Shown: positions 11,141 to 21,213 of the stretch, in pieces | Position numbering within the stretch: the first letter of the stretch is position 1 | Layout: each line of letters begins with the position of its first letter | Assembly (NCBI GenBank): GCA_965202805.1 | Contig: OZ241869.1 | Coordinates: 3,552,001 to 3,616,000, forward strand | From: Longimicrobiales bacterium | GTDB lineage: Bacteria; Gemmatimonadota; Gemmatimonadetes; Longimicrobiales; Gaopeijiaceae | Direction of reading: 5' to 3' | DNA length: 64,000 nt | Position numbers and translations under genes: made by a program | The notes under the pieces: generated by a model | The model's database searches: none | What the model was told of the DNA's origin: nothing | The model's input: only the letters and a program-made list of their open reading frames with translations

Positions 11141-12024
11141 TTCTTCCTCCCGCGCACGTAGATGCGAAAGCCGATGGAGAGCGCGTTCATCACCAGCACC
11201 ATGGAGATCAGAACCAGCGCCACGCCGAAGGGCAGCGCATCCGGCGCGTCCGGAACCTGCGTGGCGATGACGAACAGGTGCAGCGACATGGCCATGGTCT
11301 GGTCCAGGACGCCCTGGGGCAGGAAGGGAAGGAAGAAGGCCGCGCCCGTGAACATGATGGGAGCGGTCTCTCCCGAGGTGCGCGACACCTCCAGGATGAT
11401 TCCGGTGAGGATGCCGCTCACGGCGTTGGGCAGGACGATGCGGCGGATGGTCTGCCAGCGGGTCGCGCCCATGTTCCAGCAGGCCTCCCGGAAGGCCCGC
11501 GGCACCGCCTGCAGCGACTCGCGGGTGGACACGATGACGACCGGAAGCGTCATCACCGCCAGGGTGAGGCTCGCGGCGAGAATGCTGGTTCCGAAGCGGA
11601 AGAAGAGCACGAACGCGCCCACACCGAAGAGGGCGTGCACGATCGAGGGAACCCCCGCCAGGTTGATGATGGCGAGGTTGATGGTGCGCGTGAGCCAGTT
11701 GTCGGGGGCGTACTCGCTCAGGTAGACCGCCGCCGCCACCCCCACGGGCACGGAAGCGACCAGCGCGACCGCCACCAGCCACACGGTCCCGACCAGGGCG
11801 GGCAGAATGCCCCCGGCGGTCATCCCGTCGACCGGGGGCGTGGTCAGGAACTCCCAGGAGATGGCGGGGCCCCCGCGCACCACCAGCAGGGTGAGGATGA
11901 TCACCACCGGCACGATCAGCAGCGCGGTCATCATCCCCAGCAGCGTGCGCACCAGCCACTCGACCCTGTGGTCGCGCGCGTTGCGCCGGGTGCCTGCAAA
12001 CAGCTCCACGGGTGCGGTCGTCAT
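11134..12024 (-). CDS. pstA: Phosphate ABC transporter permease
   Basis: AAVYLSEYA, NLAGVPSIV, EAA-like loop MGATRWQTI, GETAPIM. Confidence 0.92.
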   Translation of the reverse strand: MTTAPVELFAGTRRNARDHRVEWLVRTLLGMMTALLIVPVVIILTLLVVRGGPAISWEFLTTPPVDGMTAGGILPALVGTVWLVAVALVASVPVGVAAAVYLSEYAPDNWLTRTINLAIINLAGVPSIVHALFGVGAFVLFFRFGTSILAASLTLAVMTLPVVIVSTRESLQAVPRAFREACWNMGATRWQTIRRIVLPNAVSGILTGIILEVSRTSGETAPIMFTGAAFFLPFLPQGVLDQTMAMSLHLFVIATQVPDAPDALPFGVALVLISMVLVMNALSIGFRIYVRGRKKW

Positions 12025-12029
12025 CGCCT

Positions 12030-12959
12030 CTACCGTCCCTTCCTGCGGATCCCGCGCACGATTACGTCCGCGGTGAGGTTGATCGCGAAGGTCACCGCGA
12101 AGAGCAGGATGCCAAGGGTGAACAGCGCCTGGTAGTGGTCGGAGCCCACCGCGGTCTCGCCGAGTTCGGCGGCGATAGTGGCCGTGAGCGCGCGCACGGA
12201 GTCGAAGACGCTGTCGGGCAGGTTGATGGCGTGGCCGCTGGCCATGAGCACGACCATGGTCTCGCCGAACCCGCGCCCGACGCCGAGCAGCACCGCCGCA
12301 ACCAGGCCGTTCCTGGCCGCGGGGATCACCACCTTCCGGATCACCTGCCAGCGGGTGGCGCCCAGGGCCTCCGCCGCTTCACGGTAGCCGTCCGGCACCG
12401 CCTTCAGGGCGTCCTCGGCAATCGTGGTCATGATGGGCGCCGCCATCAGGCCCAGAATCACCCCCGCGTTCAGAACGTTGAGCCCGATCGGGACCCCGAA
12501 GGTGTCGATGATCAGGGGGTTGATGATGCTCAGGCCGATGAAGCCCCACACGACCGAGGGAATGGCGGCGAGCAGCTCCACCAGAACCTTCAGCGTTTCG
12601 CGCGTCCGCCCGCCCGCGAATTCACCGATATAGACGGCGGCCGCGAGCGAGAAGGGAATCGAGACCACCATGGCCAGGCCGGTGATGCTGGCCGTTCCCA
12701 CGATCAGCGCCACGGCCCCGTAGGTGGCTTCGATCGCGGATGTGGGCCGCCAGGCGATGGACCCGAAGAACTCGCCCGCATCGAATTCGGTGAACACGAA
12801 TCCGAAGCCTTCGCGGGCGATGAAGGCGAAGATGCCGACGATGAACAGGATCGCCGATATGCCGCCCACGAACACGAAGAGCGTCACGGCGCGGTCCATG
12901 TACCAGGCCGCACCGCGGCGATCGAAGTCGCGCGAACGCGCCAGGGCGTCCGGGGTCAT
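12030..12959 (-). CDS. pstC: Phosphate ABC transporter permease
   Basis: ELLAAIPSVVWG, EAAEALGATRWQ, GRGFGETM. Confidence 0.92.
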   Translation of the reverse strand: MTPDALARSRDFDRRGAAWYMDRAVTLFVFVGGISAILFIVGIFAFIAREGFGFVFTEFDAGEFFGSIAWRPTSAIEATYGAVALIVGTASITGLAMVVSIPFSLAAAVYIGEFAGGRTRETLKVLVELLAAIPSVVWGFIGLSIINPLIIDTFGVPIGLNVLNAGVILGLMAAPIMTTIAEDALKAVPDGYREAAEALGATRWQVIRKVVIPAARNGLVAAVLLGVGRGFGETMVVLMASGHAINLPDSVFDSVRALTATIAAELGETAVGSDHYQALFTLGILLFAVTFAINLTADVIVRGIRRKGR

Positions 12960-13010
12960 GCGCAGCCAGCCCGCGTTCGGGCCCCCCAGGACTTCACCTG
13001 GTTGCCGTGG

Positions 13011-13904
13011 CTACTGCACGCATTCGACAGGGGCCACCGGCGTGTATCCCGCTTCGAGCATGATGCACTGACCCTCCTCGCCCAATACCCAGTCGAGGTA
13101 CTTCTTCACCTCGCCGACGGGATCGCCGGGGGTGTACATGAGGAGAGGCCTGGAGATCGGGTAGCTGCGGTCCAGCGCGGTTTCCATGGAGGGAGCCACG
13201 CAGGCGGCGCCGTCGCCGTCGACGAGGCAGGGCGTCTTGACCTCCGGGGTCGCGTAGGCGAGCCCGCTGTAGCCGATCGCGCAGGGTGTGTGGGCGACCA
13301 GGTCCACCACGTCCTTCGAGCCGTGCATGTCGTGGGACCCGAGCTTGAAGTCGAAGTTGTCGAGCACGGCCTCGCGGAAATAGGCGAAGGTGCCGGAGTT
13401 GTTCTGCCGGCTGACCCGCACGATTTCATCCGACGGGCAGCCCGGAACCTCGATGCCCAGCTGGCTCCAGCGCTCGATGGTCCCGTCGTCCCCGTAGATG
13501 CCGGCGAGCTGCCGCATGCTCAGGTCGTCGATCGGGTTGTGGGCATGGATGTACACCGCCAGCGCGTCGTAGCCGACCAGATGCTCGACCGGGTCGGTAC
13601 CGTTGGCACGTGCCGCGGCGATCTCGCTGGAGGTCATCCGGCGGCTGGAATTGGCGATGTCGACGGTGCCGTTGATCATCGCCGAGATACCGGTGCCGGA
13701 GCCTCCCCCGGAGACGGCGACCGCAACGGCGGAGTCCACCTCGCTGTACGATTCCGCCCAGGCCTGGGCGACGTTGACGAGCGTATCCGATCCCTTGTTC
13801 TGGATCACCTCGCGGGCCGAGTCCTGGGAAGCCCCACCGCAGGCAAGTGCCAGGATCGGTGCCAGGCTGGACAGGCCGGCAGCCCGCGAACTGCCGGATC
13901 TCAT
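13011..13904 (-). CDS. pstS: Phosphate-binding lipoprotein
   Basis: Lipobox LALAC, KGSDT, GGGSGTGI, SRQNNSGT, YPISRPL. Confidence 0.92.
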   Translation of the reverse strand: MRSGSSRAAGLSSLAPILALACGGASQDSAREVIQNKGSDTLVNVAQAWAESYSEVDSAVAVAVSGGGSGTGISAMINGTVDIANSSRRMTSSEIAAARANGTDPVEHLVGYDALAVYIHAHNPIDDLSMRQLAGIYGDDGTIERWSQLGIEVPGCPSDEIVRVSRQNNSGTFAYFREAVLDNFDFKLGSHDMHGSKDVVDLVAHTPCAIGYSGLAYATPEVKTPCLVDGDGAACVAPSMETALDRSYPISRPLLMYTPGDPVGEVKKYLDWVLGEEGQCIMLEAGYTPVAPVECVQ

Positions 13905-14034
13905 TCTCCGGTCTCCTTGCGCATCATCCCTCGATTCGGGTCGAAAGGCTCCGGGAATCCGGGGCGGAAGCCACAGTAAGCTATCCGCCCGACACACGAG
14001 TCGGAACCACCGGAGCGGGCGGGAACCCCTTCTG

Positions 14035-15174
14035 TTACGAAAGTGTTGCCTGCCCGGGAGGCGGAGGCTGATCCGGCCCGGCGCGCACCAGCCTCCACAC
14101 GCCCACGGTCAGTACCGGCAGCACGTAAACGGCCAGGAAGACCCAGGTCATGGTCCCGTAGCCGCGCGCGATCAGGTCGATCAGCCCGAACTGGGCGATG
14201 AGGGCGCCGCCGGCAAGCAGGCTCACCCCGATTCCGGTGCGCAGGCCCGCGGGCATCTTCGCCTGGCTGCGCGCATAGACCGCCGCGACGCGCTCGTTCA
14301 CCGCGTGGATCATCCCCGCCCCGGTTTCGATCAGGGTTCCGAAGAGCGCCAGCTGGAAGGCGAGCTGAAACCAGCGCATGCCGAGCGTCTCGAGCAGCGC
14401 GTTCGCGGGGACCGTGCGGTCAAGGATCTCCGGATACTGTCCCGCCATGGCGAGATAGAAGAGCAGGCCGGGGATGATGGCGATCGGGCCGGCGAGCAGG
14501 CCCGCGGAAACCGCCTCCCGGCGGGTGCCGACGTGCCGCATCACGAAGAGCAGGCCGGGAATGGTGGCGAGGTTGTAGGCTGCGTAGCGCACTCCGGCGA
14601 GGAACCAGCCTTCGCCCGCCGGGACGGTGGCGAAACGATCCGAGATCTCGCCTCCGAAGGAGACGAAACAGAGGATGAAGAAGAGGATGAACACGGCGTA
14701 GAGCACGAAGGACCAGCCGGCGAAGAACCGCTCGATGGTCCTCGAGCCGCGGAATACCAGGTAGCCGATGGCGGCGATCATGCCGAGCACGCCCGCGGCG
14801 TAGCTGATGCCGAAGGTCTCTTCGAGGATGCTGCCGGCCGCCGCCGCGATGACCGCGAGCACCAGCATCAGGAACGCCAGGTAGGCCGCTTCGTAGGCCA
14901 CCCACCAGCGCCCGCCCAGGAGGCGGCGGAAGAAGGTGCGGTAGTCGTAGCTGGAGAAGCGGCGGGCGAAGTCGAACGTCACCGCGCAGGTCAGGCTCCA
15001 GATCACCGTGGACACCAGCAGCATGGCCATGAGCCCGCCGCGGGGACCCTGTGTCAGGAAGAACTCCACGAGTTCGCGTCCCGTACCGTAGCCTCCCGCG
15101 ATCACCACCGACTGGAAGACGAATCCCGGGAGCAGGTAGCGGCGGAAGAAGGAGTGTCGGGTGGGGGTGCTCAC
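14035..15174 (-). CDS. YkvI-like polytopic membrane protein
   Basis: FQSVVIAGGYGTGRELVEFF motif, about 10 hydrophobic segments; GTG start with GGAGA upstream. Confidence 0.75.
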   Translation of the reverse strand: MSTPTRHSFFRRYLLPGFVFQSVVIAGGYGTGRELVEFFLTQGPRGGLMAMLLVSTVIWSLTCAVTFDFARRFSSYDYRTFFRRLLGGRWWVAYEAAYLAFLMLVLAVIAAAAGSILEETFGISYAAGVLGMIAAIGYLVFRGSRTIERFFAGWSFVLYAVFILFFILCFVSFGGEISDRFATVPAGEGWFLAGVRYAAYNLATIPGLLFVMRHVGTRREAVSAGLLAGPIAIIPGLLFYLAMAGQYPEILDRTVPANALLETLGMRWFQLAFQLALFGTLIETGAGMIHAVNERVAAVYARSQAKMPAGLRTGIGVSLLAGGALIAQFGLIDLIARGYGTMTWVFLAVYVLPVLTVGVWRLVRAGPDQPPPPGQATLS

Positions 15175-15299
15175 GGTCTGGTTCTCCAAGGCGAAGGCCT
15201 GCGGGGCCACGCGGGGGGCGGTGCCAGCCCTGAGCCTACCGGGGCCGGATGCGCATGGCAAACCGGGACGGAGGCGCCGGGCCGGTTCGCCGTCGAACA

Positions 15300-15315
15300 T
15301 GGCACGACTCTTGCA
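15300..15315 (+). promoter_or_regulatory. Sigma54 (-24/-12) promoter
   Basis: TGGCACGACTCTTGCA matches the TGGCACG-N4-TTGCW consensus exactly. Confidence 0.8.
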
Positions 15316-15396
15316 TCACGGATGTGCGGCAAACCGAACCTGGCTGAAACCGGGCATGCGCCCTTCGCGTAGGCCCCGAGAGACAGGGGGAATGGG

Positions 15397-15576
15397 ATGA
15401 GCACGGAAGAACGAATCAGGCACCTGGGAAGGGCGGCATCAAGGGCGGAGGATGAAGGGAGGTACCGGGAAGCCCGCAATCTGCGGCTTCTTGCGCGTGA
15501 CGCTCGACCCATCTCTTCCTTGGAAGACGTTCCGAGCATTCCTCTGGCCGGTTCGAAGGGAATGAGTATCGGCTGA
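15397..15576 (+). CDS. Small hypothetical protein, 59 aa (below the ORF-track cutoff)
   Basis: MSTEERIRHLGRAASRAEDEGRYREARNLRLLARDARPISSLEDVPSIPLAGSKGMSIG; AGGGGG RBS; lies between the sigma54 promoter and a terminator. Confidence 0.65.
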   Translation: MSTEERIRHLGRAASRAEDEGRYREARNLRLLARDARPISSLEDVPSIPLAGSKGMSIG

Positions 15577-15600
15577 GTCGCGATGTGTGGCGGGGTGGTG

Positions 15601-15642
15601 AGCCCCCGGGCCCGTTGACACGGGTTCCGGGGGCTTTGTGTT
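15601..15642 (+). terminator. Intrinsic terminator hairpin
   Basis: AGCCCCCGGGCCCG / CGGGTTCCGGGGGCT stem followed by TTGTGTT. Confidence 0.65.
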
Positions 15643-15679
15643 GCAGGGGGGATCCCTCCAGCGGCCGTCCGCCGTCCGC

Positions 15680-15852
15680 GGACCCGGGCTGCTCGGCCGG
15701 TTTTTCCCTCGGTTCCCTCGAGTCGATGATGGATTTCCGTCGTCGCCTTCATGAGCAGGAACATCCCGCCGGCGACCAGGATCAGGTCGCGCCCGGAAAC
15801 GGTGTGGCCGAGCACCGCGCGATCCAGGCTTCGGGAGAGGCGATCCATTCCA
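15680..15852 (-). pseudogene. TerC-family membrane protein fragment
   Basis: SGRDLILVAGGMFLLMKATTEIHHRLEG resembles an internal TerC segment; the rest of the gene is absent. Confidence 0.65.
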
Positions 15853-15954
15853 TGGGGGCGATCCGGCGAGAGGACGCTTATCTTGGTGTGGGGCGAGGGG
15901 TCGGGGGGAGTCTTGAGCGAGAAGCTGGAAACTGACGTAGCGAGGAGCAAGGCC

Positions 15955-17031
15955 GTGAGATCGGGGACAGGCGATTGGCGTTTGGTCGGAGGGGTGCTGG
16001 CCGGTTTGGCGGTCGGGGCGTGCGCGGGCGACGACGAGGCAACTCAGCCTCTGTCCGGCTCGACCAGGGCCGCGGGGTCGGCCGCGGCGACCATCACCGA
16101 AACCGACTTCCTGGAGCGGGTGGCGATCCTGGCCCACGACTCCATGCGGGGCCGGGCCACGCCCAGCCCGGAGATCGAGGAGGCCGCCCGCTGGATCGCG
16201 GGGGAATTCGCCGCGATGGGGCTCGAACCCGCCGGGGGCGGCGGCGAGTTCATCCAGCGCTACTCCTTTCGGCCCCGGCGGGTCGATATCGTCGTCGCGC
16301 CCATCGACGCGCCCAACGTGGCCGCCGTCCTGACGGGCAGCGATCCGGAACTGCGCGGCGAGTACGTCGTGTTCAGCGCCCACATGGACCACGTGGGGGT
16401 GCGGGAGCCGGACGCGAGCGGCGACAGCATCTACAACGGCGCCGACGACGACGCGTCCGGGACGGCCGCGGTCATGGAGATCGCCGAGGCGTTCGCGGCG
16501 CTCGACGAGCCGCCGCCGCGGTCTGCGGTGTTCCTGCTCGTGAGCGGGGAGGAGCGGGGCCTGCACGGAAGCCGCGCCTATGCCGACGAGCCGCCGGAAC
16601 CGGTCGCGTCGGGGCGCATGGTGGCCAACCTCAACATGGACATGGTGGGCCGCAACTGGCCCGACACCATCGTGGCCATCGGCAAGGAGCACTCGGACCT
16701 GGGGACGACCCTGGAACGCGTGAACGCCGCGCATCCGGAGCTCGGCATGACCGCCATCGACGACCTGTGGCCGGAGGAGAACTTCTACTTCCGCTCGGAC
16801 CACTACAGCTTTGCGCGCAACGGCGTCCCGGTCCTCTTCTTCTTCAACGGAACGCACGCGGACTACCACAGGCCCAGCGACGAGGTGGAGCTGATCGACG
16901 CCGACAAGGGAGCGCGGCTGGCCCGGCTCATCTTCTACCTGGGGCTCGAGATCGCAAGCGCTCCGGAAGCGCCCGAGTGGAATCCCGAGAGCCGGCGGAT
17001 GATCGTCGAGATGATCGAGAGCAGACGATGA
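15955..17031 (+). CDS. M28-family metallopeptidase, lipoprotein-like
   Basis: [49 protein letters not shown] before the GTG. Confidence 0.9.
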   Translation: MRSGTGDWRLVGGVLAGLAVGACAGDDEATQPLSGSTRAAGSAAATITETDFLERVAILAHDSMRGRATPSPEIEEAARWIAGEFAAMGLEPAGGGGEFIQRYSFRPRRVDIVVAPIDAPNVAAVLTGSDPELRGEYVVFSAHMDHVGVREPDASGDSIYNGADDDASGTAAVMEIAEAFAALDEPPPRSAVFLLVSGEERGLHGSRAYADEPPEPVASGRMVANLNMDMVGRNWPDTIVAIGKEHSDLGTTLERVNAAHPELGMTAIDDLWPEENFYFRSDHYSFARNGVPVLFFFNGTHADYHRPSDEVELIDADKGARLARLIFYLGLEIASAPEAPEWNPESRRMIVEMIESRR

Positions 17032-17696
17032 GCGTCAGGCTGATGCCGCTGGAAGACTATCGGGAGTATCCCGTCCAGGAGATGCGTGCCCGTGCACGCG
17101 CCTTCCGGGAGGAAGTCCGCCGCCGGCGCACCGTGCGCGACTTCTCCCCGCGCCCCGTGCCGCGCGGGATCATCGAGGATTGCCTGCTGGCCGCCGGGTC
17201 CGCCCCCAACGGCGCCAACCACCAGCCATGGCATTTCGTCGTGGTGGGCGACCCGGAGGTGAAGAAGCAGATCCGCGAGGCCGCCGAAGAAGAGGAGCGG
17301 GCCTTCTACCGGGGACGGGCGCCGGATGAATGGCTGCGGGCGCTCGAGCCCCTGGGCACCGACGAGCACAAGCCCTTCCTGGAGGTTGCGCCCTACCTGA
17401 TCGTGATCTTCGCCGAGAGCTACGCGCTGCTGCCCGATGGCACCCGCCGCAAGAACTACTACGTCACCGAGTCGGTCGGGATCGCCACGGGCCTGCTCAT
17501 CGCGGCCCTCCACCACGCAGGACTGGCCTCGCTCACCCACACGCCGAGCCCCATGGGCTTCCTGAACCGCATCCTGGGCCGGCCGAAGAACGAGCGCCCG
17601 TTCCTGCTGCTGGTGGCGGGGTATCCGGCGGACGACGCCAGGGTGCCCGTCATCGGCAAGAAACCGCTGCGGGAGATCGCGACCTTCAGCGAGTAG
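17028..17696 (+). CDS. Nitroreductase family, iodotyrosine deiodinase-like
   Basis: [52 protein letters not shown]. Confidence 0.82.
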   Translation: MSVRLMPLEDYREYPVQEMRARARAFREEVRRRRTVRDFSPRPVPRGIIEDCLLAAGSAPNGANHQPWHFVVVGDPEVKKQIREAAEEEERAFYRGRAPDEWLRALEPLGTDEHKPFLEVAPYLIVIFAESYALLPDGTRRKNYYVTESVGIATGLLIAALHHAGLASLTHTPSPMGFLNRILGRPKNERPFLLLVAGYPADDARVPVIGKKPLREIATFSE

Positions 17697-17815
17697 CGGA
17701 CCCCGTGCCCGACCACTCGCATTGCACGACGGTCTTGGATAAACTCCGGCCCGAGGGCGCCCGCCGGGCGCGGACGTCCGTCAGCGATTCCATCCGTTCA
17801 ACCGGACGAGGCACA

Positions 17816-19735
17816 ATGGGACGCCTGGATGCAGACACAGGACGGGACTCGGCGGAAATCCGCGCCTTCACCAAGGCGATTCTGAGGGACCTCAAGGCGC
17901 TCGAGAGAATGCTCTCCCGGGGCATGATCGAGTCCGGGGTGCGCCGGTTCGGCGTGGAGCAGGAGTTCTTCCTGGTGGACCGCGGCTGGCGCCCGGCCGC
18001 CGTCGCGCTCGACGTGCTCGAGCATCTCCCGGAGGACACCTTCACCACCGAGCTGGCGCTCTTCAACCTGGAGGCCAACCTCCAGCCCAAGCTGCTCACC
18101 GGCCGCTGCTTCTCGGCCATGGAGGTCGAGATCGAGGAGCGGATCGCGCAGGCGCGCGCCGCCGCGCAGCGGGAAGGGGCCGACGTCGTGCTGTGCGGGA
18201 TCCTGCCGACCCTGGGCAAGTCCGACCTGTCCATGGACAGCATCACGCCCATGCCCCGCTACTACGCCCTCAACGATGCGCTCAACCGCATCCGCGGCGG
18301 ATCGTCGTACCGGCTGCGCATCGAGGGTACCGACGAGATCTTCGTCGAGCACGACTCGGTGATGGTGGAGGCGTGCAACACCAGCTACCAGGTACATCTT
18401 CAGGTTTCCGCGGAGGAGTTCCCGAGCTTCTACAACGTGGCCCAGCTGGTGACCCCGCCCGTACTGGCGGCATGCGTCAATTCCCCGCTCCTCTTCGGCA
18501 AGCGGCTCTGGAACGAGACCCGCATCGCGCTCTTCGAGCAGTCGATGGACACGCGCAGCGCGACGCCCCACCTGCGGCAGACCAGCACGCGCGTGCGCTT
18601 CGGCGAGCGCTGGATCAACAAGTCGGTGACCGAGCTCTTCGAGGACGACATCGCCCGCTTCCGGGTGCTCCTCACCGGAGAGGTGACGGAGGATCCCTTC
18701 GAGGTGCTTGCGCGCGGCGGCGTGCCCCGGCTGCCCGCGCTGCAACTGCACAACGGCACGGTGTACCGCTGGAATCGCCCCTGCTACGGGATCAGCGAGG
18801 GCAAACCGCACCTGCGCATCGAGTGTCGGGTGCTGCCCTCCGGTCCGACGATCATGGACGAGGTGGCCAACGCCGCCTTCTGGATCGGCCTGGTGCTCGG
18901 GGGCGCCCGGGAATACGGAGACGTCGCCCGCCGGGTCGACTTCGACTACGCCAAGTCCAACTTCGTGGCCGCCAGCCGCAGGGGCCTGGATGCCGGGTTC
19001 CACTGGCTCACCGGGGAGACCGTGAGCGCGCGCGATCTCCTGCTCGGCGAACTGCTGCCGCTGTCGCGGAGCGGGCTTGAGGAGCTCGCTATCGAGCCGA
19101 CCGAGATCGACCACTATCTGGGGATCGTCCAGGGGCGCGTCGAGTCCGGCATGACGGGTGCGACGTGGCAGCTGAAGTCGCTGCGCGGCATGACCGGAAA
19201 GGGATCGGTCGCAGAGTCCATGACCGCGCTCACATCCGGGATGGCCCATCGGCAGCGGGATCCGCGTCCCGCGCACAACTGGGAGCCGGCCGAGATCTGG
19301 GAGGCGGGCGGCTGGCGCTACAACTACCTGAAGGTCGAGCAGTACATGGTGACCGACCTCTTCACGGTGCACGAGGACGAGCCCATCGAGCTGGCCGCCT
19401 TCCTGATGGACAAGCAGAACATCCGCCATGTGCTGGTGGAGAACGACGACCACACCCTGGTGGGCCTGGTGTCGTACCGGTCGATCCTGCGCATGGTCGC
19501 CGCCTCCGGAGCCCCCGGCACCTCGGAGTCCGATCCGATCCGCACCATCATGGCGTCCGACGTAGTGACCGTCGAGCCCGAGACCTCGACCCTGGAAGCG
19601 ATCAGGATCATGCGCGAGAAGCGCGTCTCCGCCCTCCCGGTGGAGAAGAACGGCAAGCTGATCGGCATCATCAGCGAGCGCGATTTCCTGCCCATCGCCT
19701 ATCAGCTGCTGGAGGAGAAGCTGGAGGAGGTTTAG
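17816..19735 (+). CDS. Glutamate-cysteine ligase family 2 protein with C-terminal CBS pair
   Basis: GVEQEF, TELALFNLE, YQVHLQV, NSPLLFGK, RIECRVLP; CBS pair IRHVLV...LIGIISERD. Confidence 0.82.
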   Translation: MGRLDADTGRDSAEIRAFTKAILRDLKALERMLSRGMIESGVRRFGVEQEFFLVDRGWRPAAVALDVLEHLPEDTFTTELALFNLEANLQPKLLTGRCFSAMEVEIEERIAQARAAAQREGADVVLCGILPTLGKSDLSMDSITPMPRYYALNDALNRIRGGSSYRLRIEGTDEIFVEHDSVMVEACNTSYQVHLQVSAEEFPSFYNVAQLVTPPVLAACVNSPLLFGKRLWNETRIALFEQSMDTRSATPHLRQTSTRVRFGERWINKSVTELFEDDIARFRVLLTGEVTEDPFEVLARGGVPRLPALQLHNGTVYRWNRPCYGISEGKPHLRIECRVLPSGPTIMDEVANAAFWIGLVLGGAREYGDVARRVDFDYAKSNFVAASRRGLDAGFHWLTGETVSARDLLLGELLPLSRSGLEELAIEPTEIDHYLGIVQGRVESGMTGATWQLKSLRGMTGKGSVAESMTALTSGMAHRQRDPRPAHNWEPAEIWEAGGWRYNYLKVEQYMVTDLFTVHEDEPIELAAFLMDKQNIRHVLVENDDHTLVGLVSYRSILRMVAASGAPGTSESDPIRTIMASDVVTVEPETSTLEAIRIMREKRVSALPVEKNGKLIGIISERDFLPIAYQLLEEKLEEV

Positions 19736-19842
19736 CAGCGGCGATTGCCCTTTCCCTGGGCGCGTCCGTGGCGACCCGGAACACAAGGGACTTCGATGGA
19801 ACCGGCATCGCCGTTGTGGATCTCTGGGGGACCGGCGAGTGA
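19736..19842 (+). pseudogene. C-terminal remnant of a PIN/VapC toxin
   Basis: AAIALSLGASVATRNTRDFDGTGIAVVDLW matches PIN-domain C-termini; no start or N-terminus. Confidence 0.65.
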
Positions 19843-19900
19843 TGCGAGCGCGGCACTGCGCGCCAACGCAGTCCCGAAAACCGACGAGTGCCGGGCCGGA

Positions 19901-21019
19901 TCAGATCCTGATGTAGATGCGGCGCCTGTGCAGCAGCCACGCGACGGCGAGCCAGAGGACGACCTGCGCCAGCGCCAGGGCAAGGGAGCCGTTGTAGTCG
20001 CCCGCCCAGGGCTGGAATCCGTTGCGGAAGATCCAGTCGTAGAGAGATGAGCCTTCCGGGCCGCCCACGGGAATCCGGCCCATCGTCTTGGCGAACATCC
20101 CCGAGGCCACGAAGATCGCGATCGAGTTCATGCCGCAGGCGACCAGCGGCCTGCTCCACGCGCCTCGCCATCCCCTGACGTCGATGGCCCAGTACATCGT
20201 GCCCAGCACGAGCAGCGCGGTTCCCGCGGTGAACACCACGTAGGAACTTGTCCACAGGTTCTTGTTGATGGGGAAGACGGTGTCCCAGGCGAGTCCCGCG
20301 AGGACCATGGTTGCGCCCGCCGCCCACATGCCCTTGACGAGATGCCCGCCCGCGCGTGCACGCCGGAGCCGTTCGCCGCAGAAGATGCCGAGGAGGCAGG
20401 TGGCGATCGCGGGGAAGGTGGAGAGGAGGCCTTCGGGGTCCCAGCTTCCCGCCCAGAGCCGGCCGGGCATGAGGACGCGGTCGATGTGGGCCGCGAGGTT
20501 GCCGTCAGGAGAGAGGTCGCCCGCGGTGGAGCCGGGGACGGGCACGAGCGTCATCACGGCCCAGTAGCCCAGCAGGAGCGCGCACGTCGCGACCATCCTC
20601 CCGCGGGCCGACGTCCACAGGTAGAGCCCGGCCGCGGCGAAATACACCAGCCCGATCCGCTGGAGCACCCCGTAGAGCCGCATCTCGCCGAAGTCGAAGT
20701 CCGGGATCGCGCGCATGGCCAGGCCGATGCCGATGAGGATCAGCGACCGGCGGACGACGTGCCGGAACAGGTCCGTGCGCGCGGCTCCCTCGTCGAGCCT
20801 GCGCCGGAACGAGAACGGTAGGGCGACGCCGACGATGAACAGGAAATACGGGAAGATGAGGTCGGTAGGGGTCCAACCGTGCCACTCGGCATGCGCGAGC
20901 GGCGCGTACACGTAGGCCCAGCTGCCCGGGTTGTTGACCAGCACCATGCCCGCGATGGTCAGCCCCCGGAACGCGTCCAGGGAGAGGAGCCGGCCGGAGG
21001 GAGAGGTGGCGTCGGGCAT
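19901..21019 (-). CDS. DUF5009 / HGSNAT-like (NagX-type) membrane acyltransferase
   Basis: RLLSLDAFRG, HAEWHG, DLIFPYFLFIVG, GVLQRI, DPEGLLST, PINKNLWTSS. Confidence 0.88.
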   Translation of the reverse strand: MPDATSPSGRLLSLDAFRGLTIAGMVLVNNPGSWAYVYAPLAHAEWHGWTPTDLIFPYFLFIVGVALPFSFRRRLDEGAARTDLFRHVVRRSLILIGIGLAMRAIPDFDFGEMRLYGVLQRIGLVYFAAAGLYLWTSARGRMVATCALLLGYWAVMTLVPVPGSTAGDLSPDGNLAAHIDRVLMPGRLWAGSWDPEGLLSTFPAIATCLLGIFCGERLRRARAGGHLVKGMWAAGATMVLAGLAWDTVFPINKNLWTSSYVVFTAGTALLVLGTMYWAIDVRGWRGAWSRPLVACGMNSIAIFVASGMFAKTMGRIPVGGPEGSSLYDWIFRNGFQPWAGDYNGSLALALAQVVLWLAVAWLLHRRRIYIRI

Positions 21020-21213
21020 GTCGAGCCTTCAGAAACGGAGATCGGTGATCCACGACCTGGTCTGCATGCTAACTGCTGCAGGAAACAAGCGCAGGGGCGA
21101 CCATCGGACAGCGAGGCAGGCCAAGCCTTGTCCGGGTATCTGAGCTTGCATTGCCAAGATATCCAACATAATATGATCAGTATATCGCATATGGCTCCCG
21201 TTGGAGGTATCGG

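Noticed and set aside
13905..14034. Pho box upstream of pstS or phoD
   Set aside because: No convincing 11-bp-period direct repeat seen by eye
19165..19842. 225-aa PIN-tailed ORF or programmed frameshift from the ligase gene
   Set aside because: The upstream part is an off-frame overlap; the ligase ends normally; no slippery site seen
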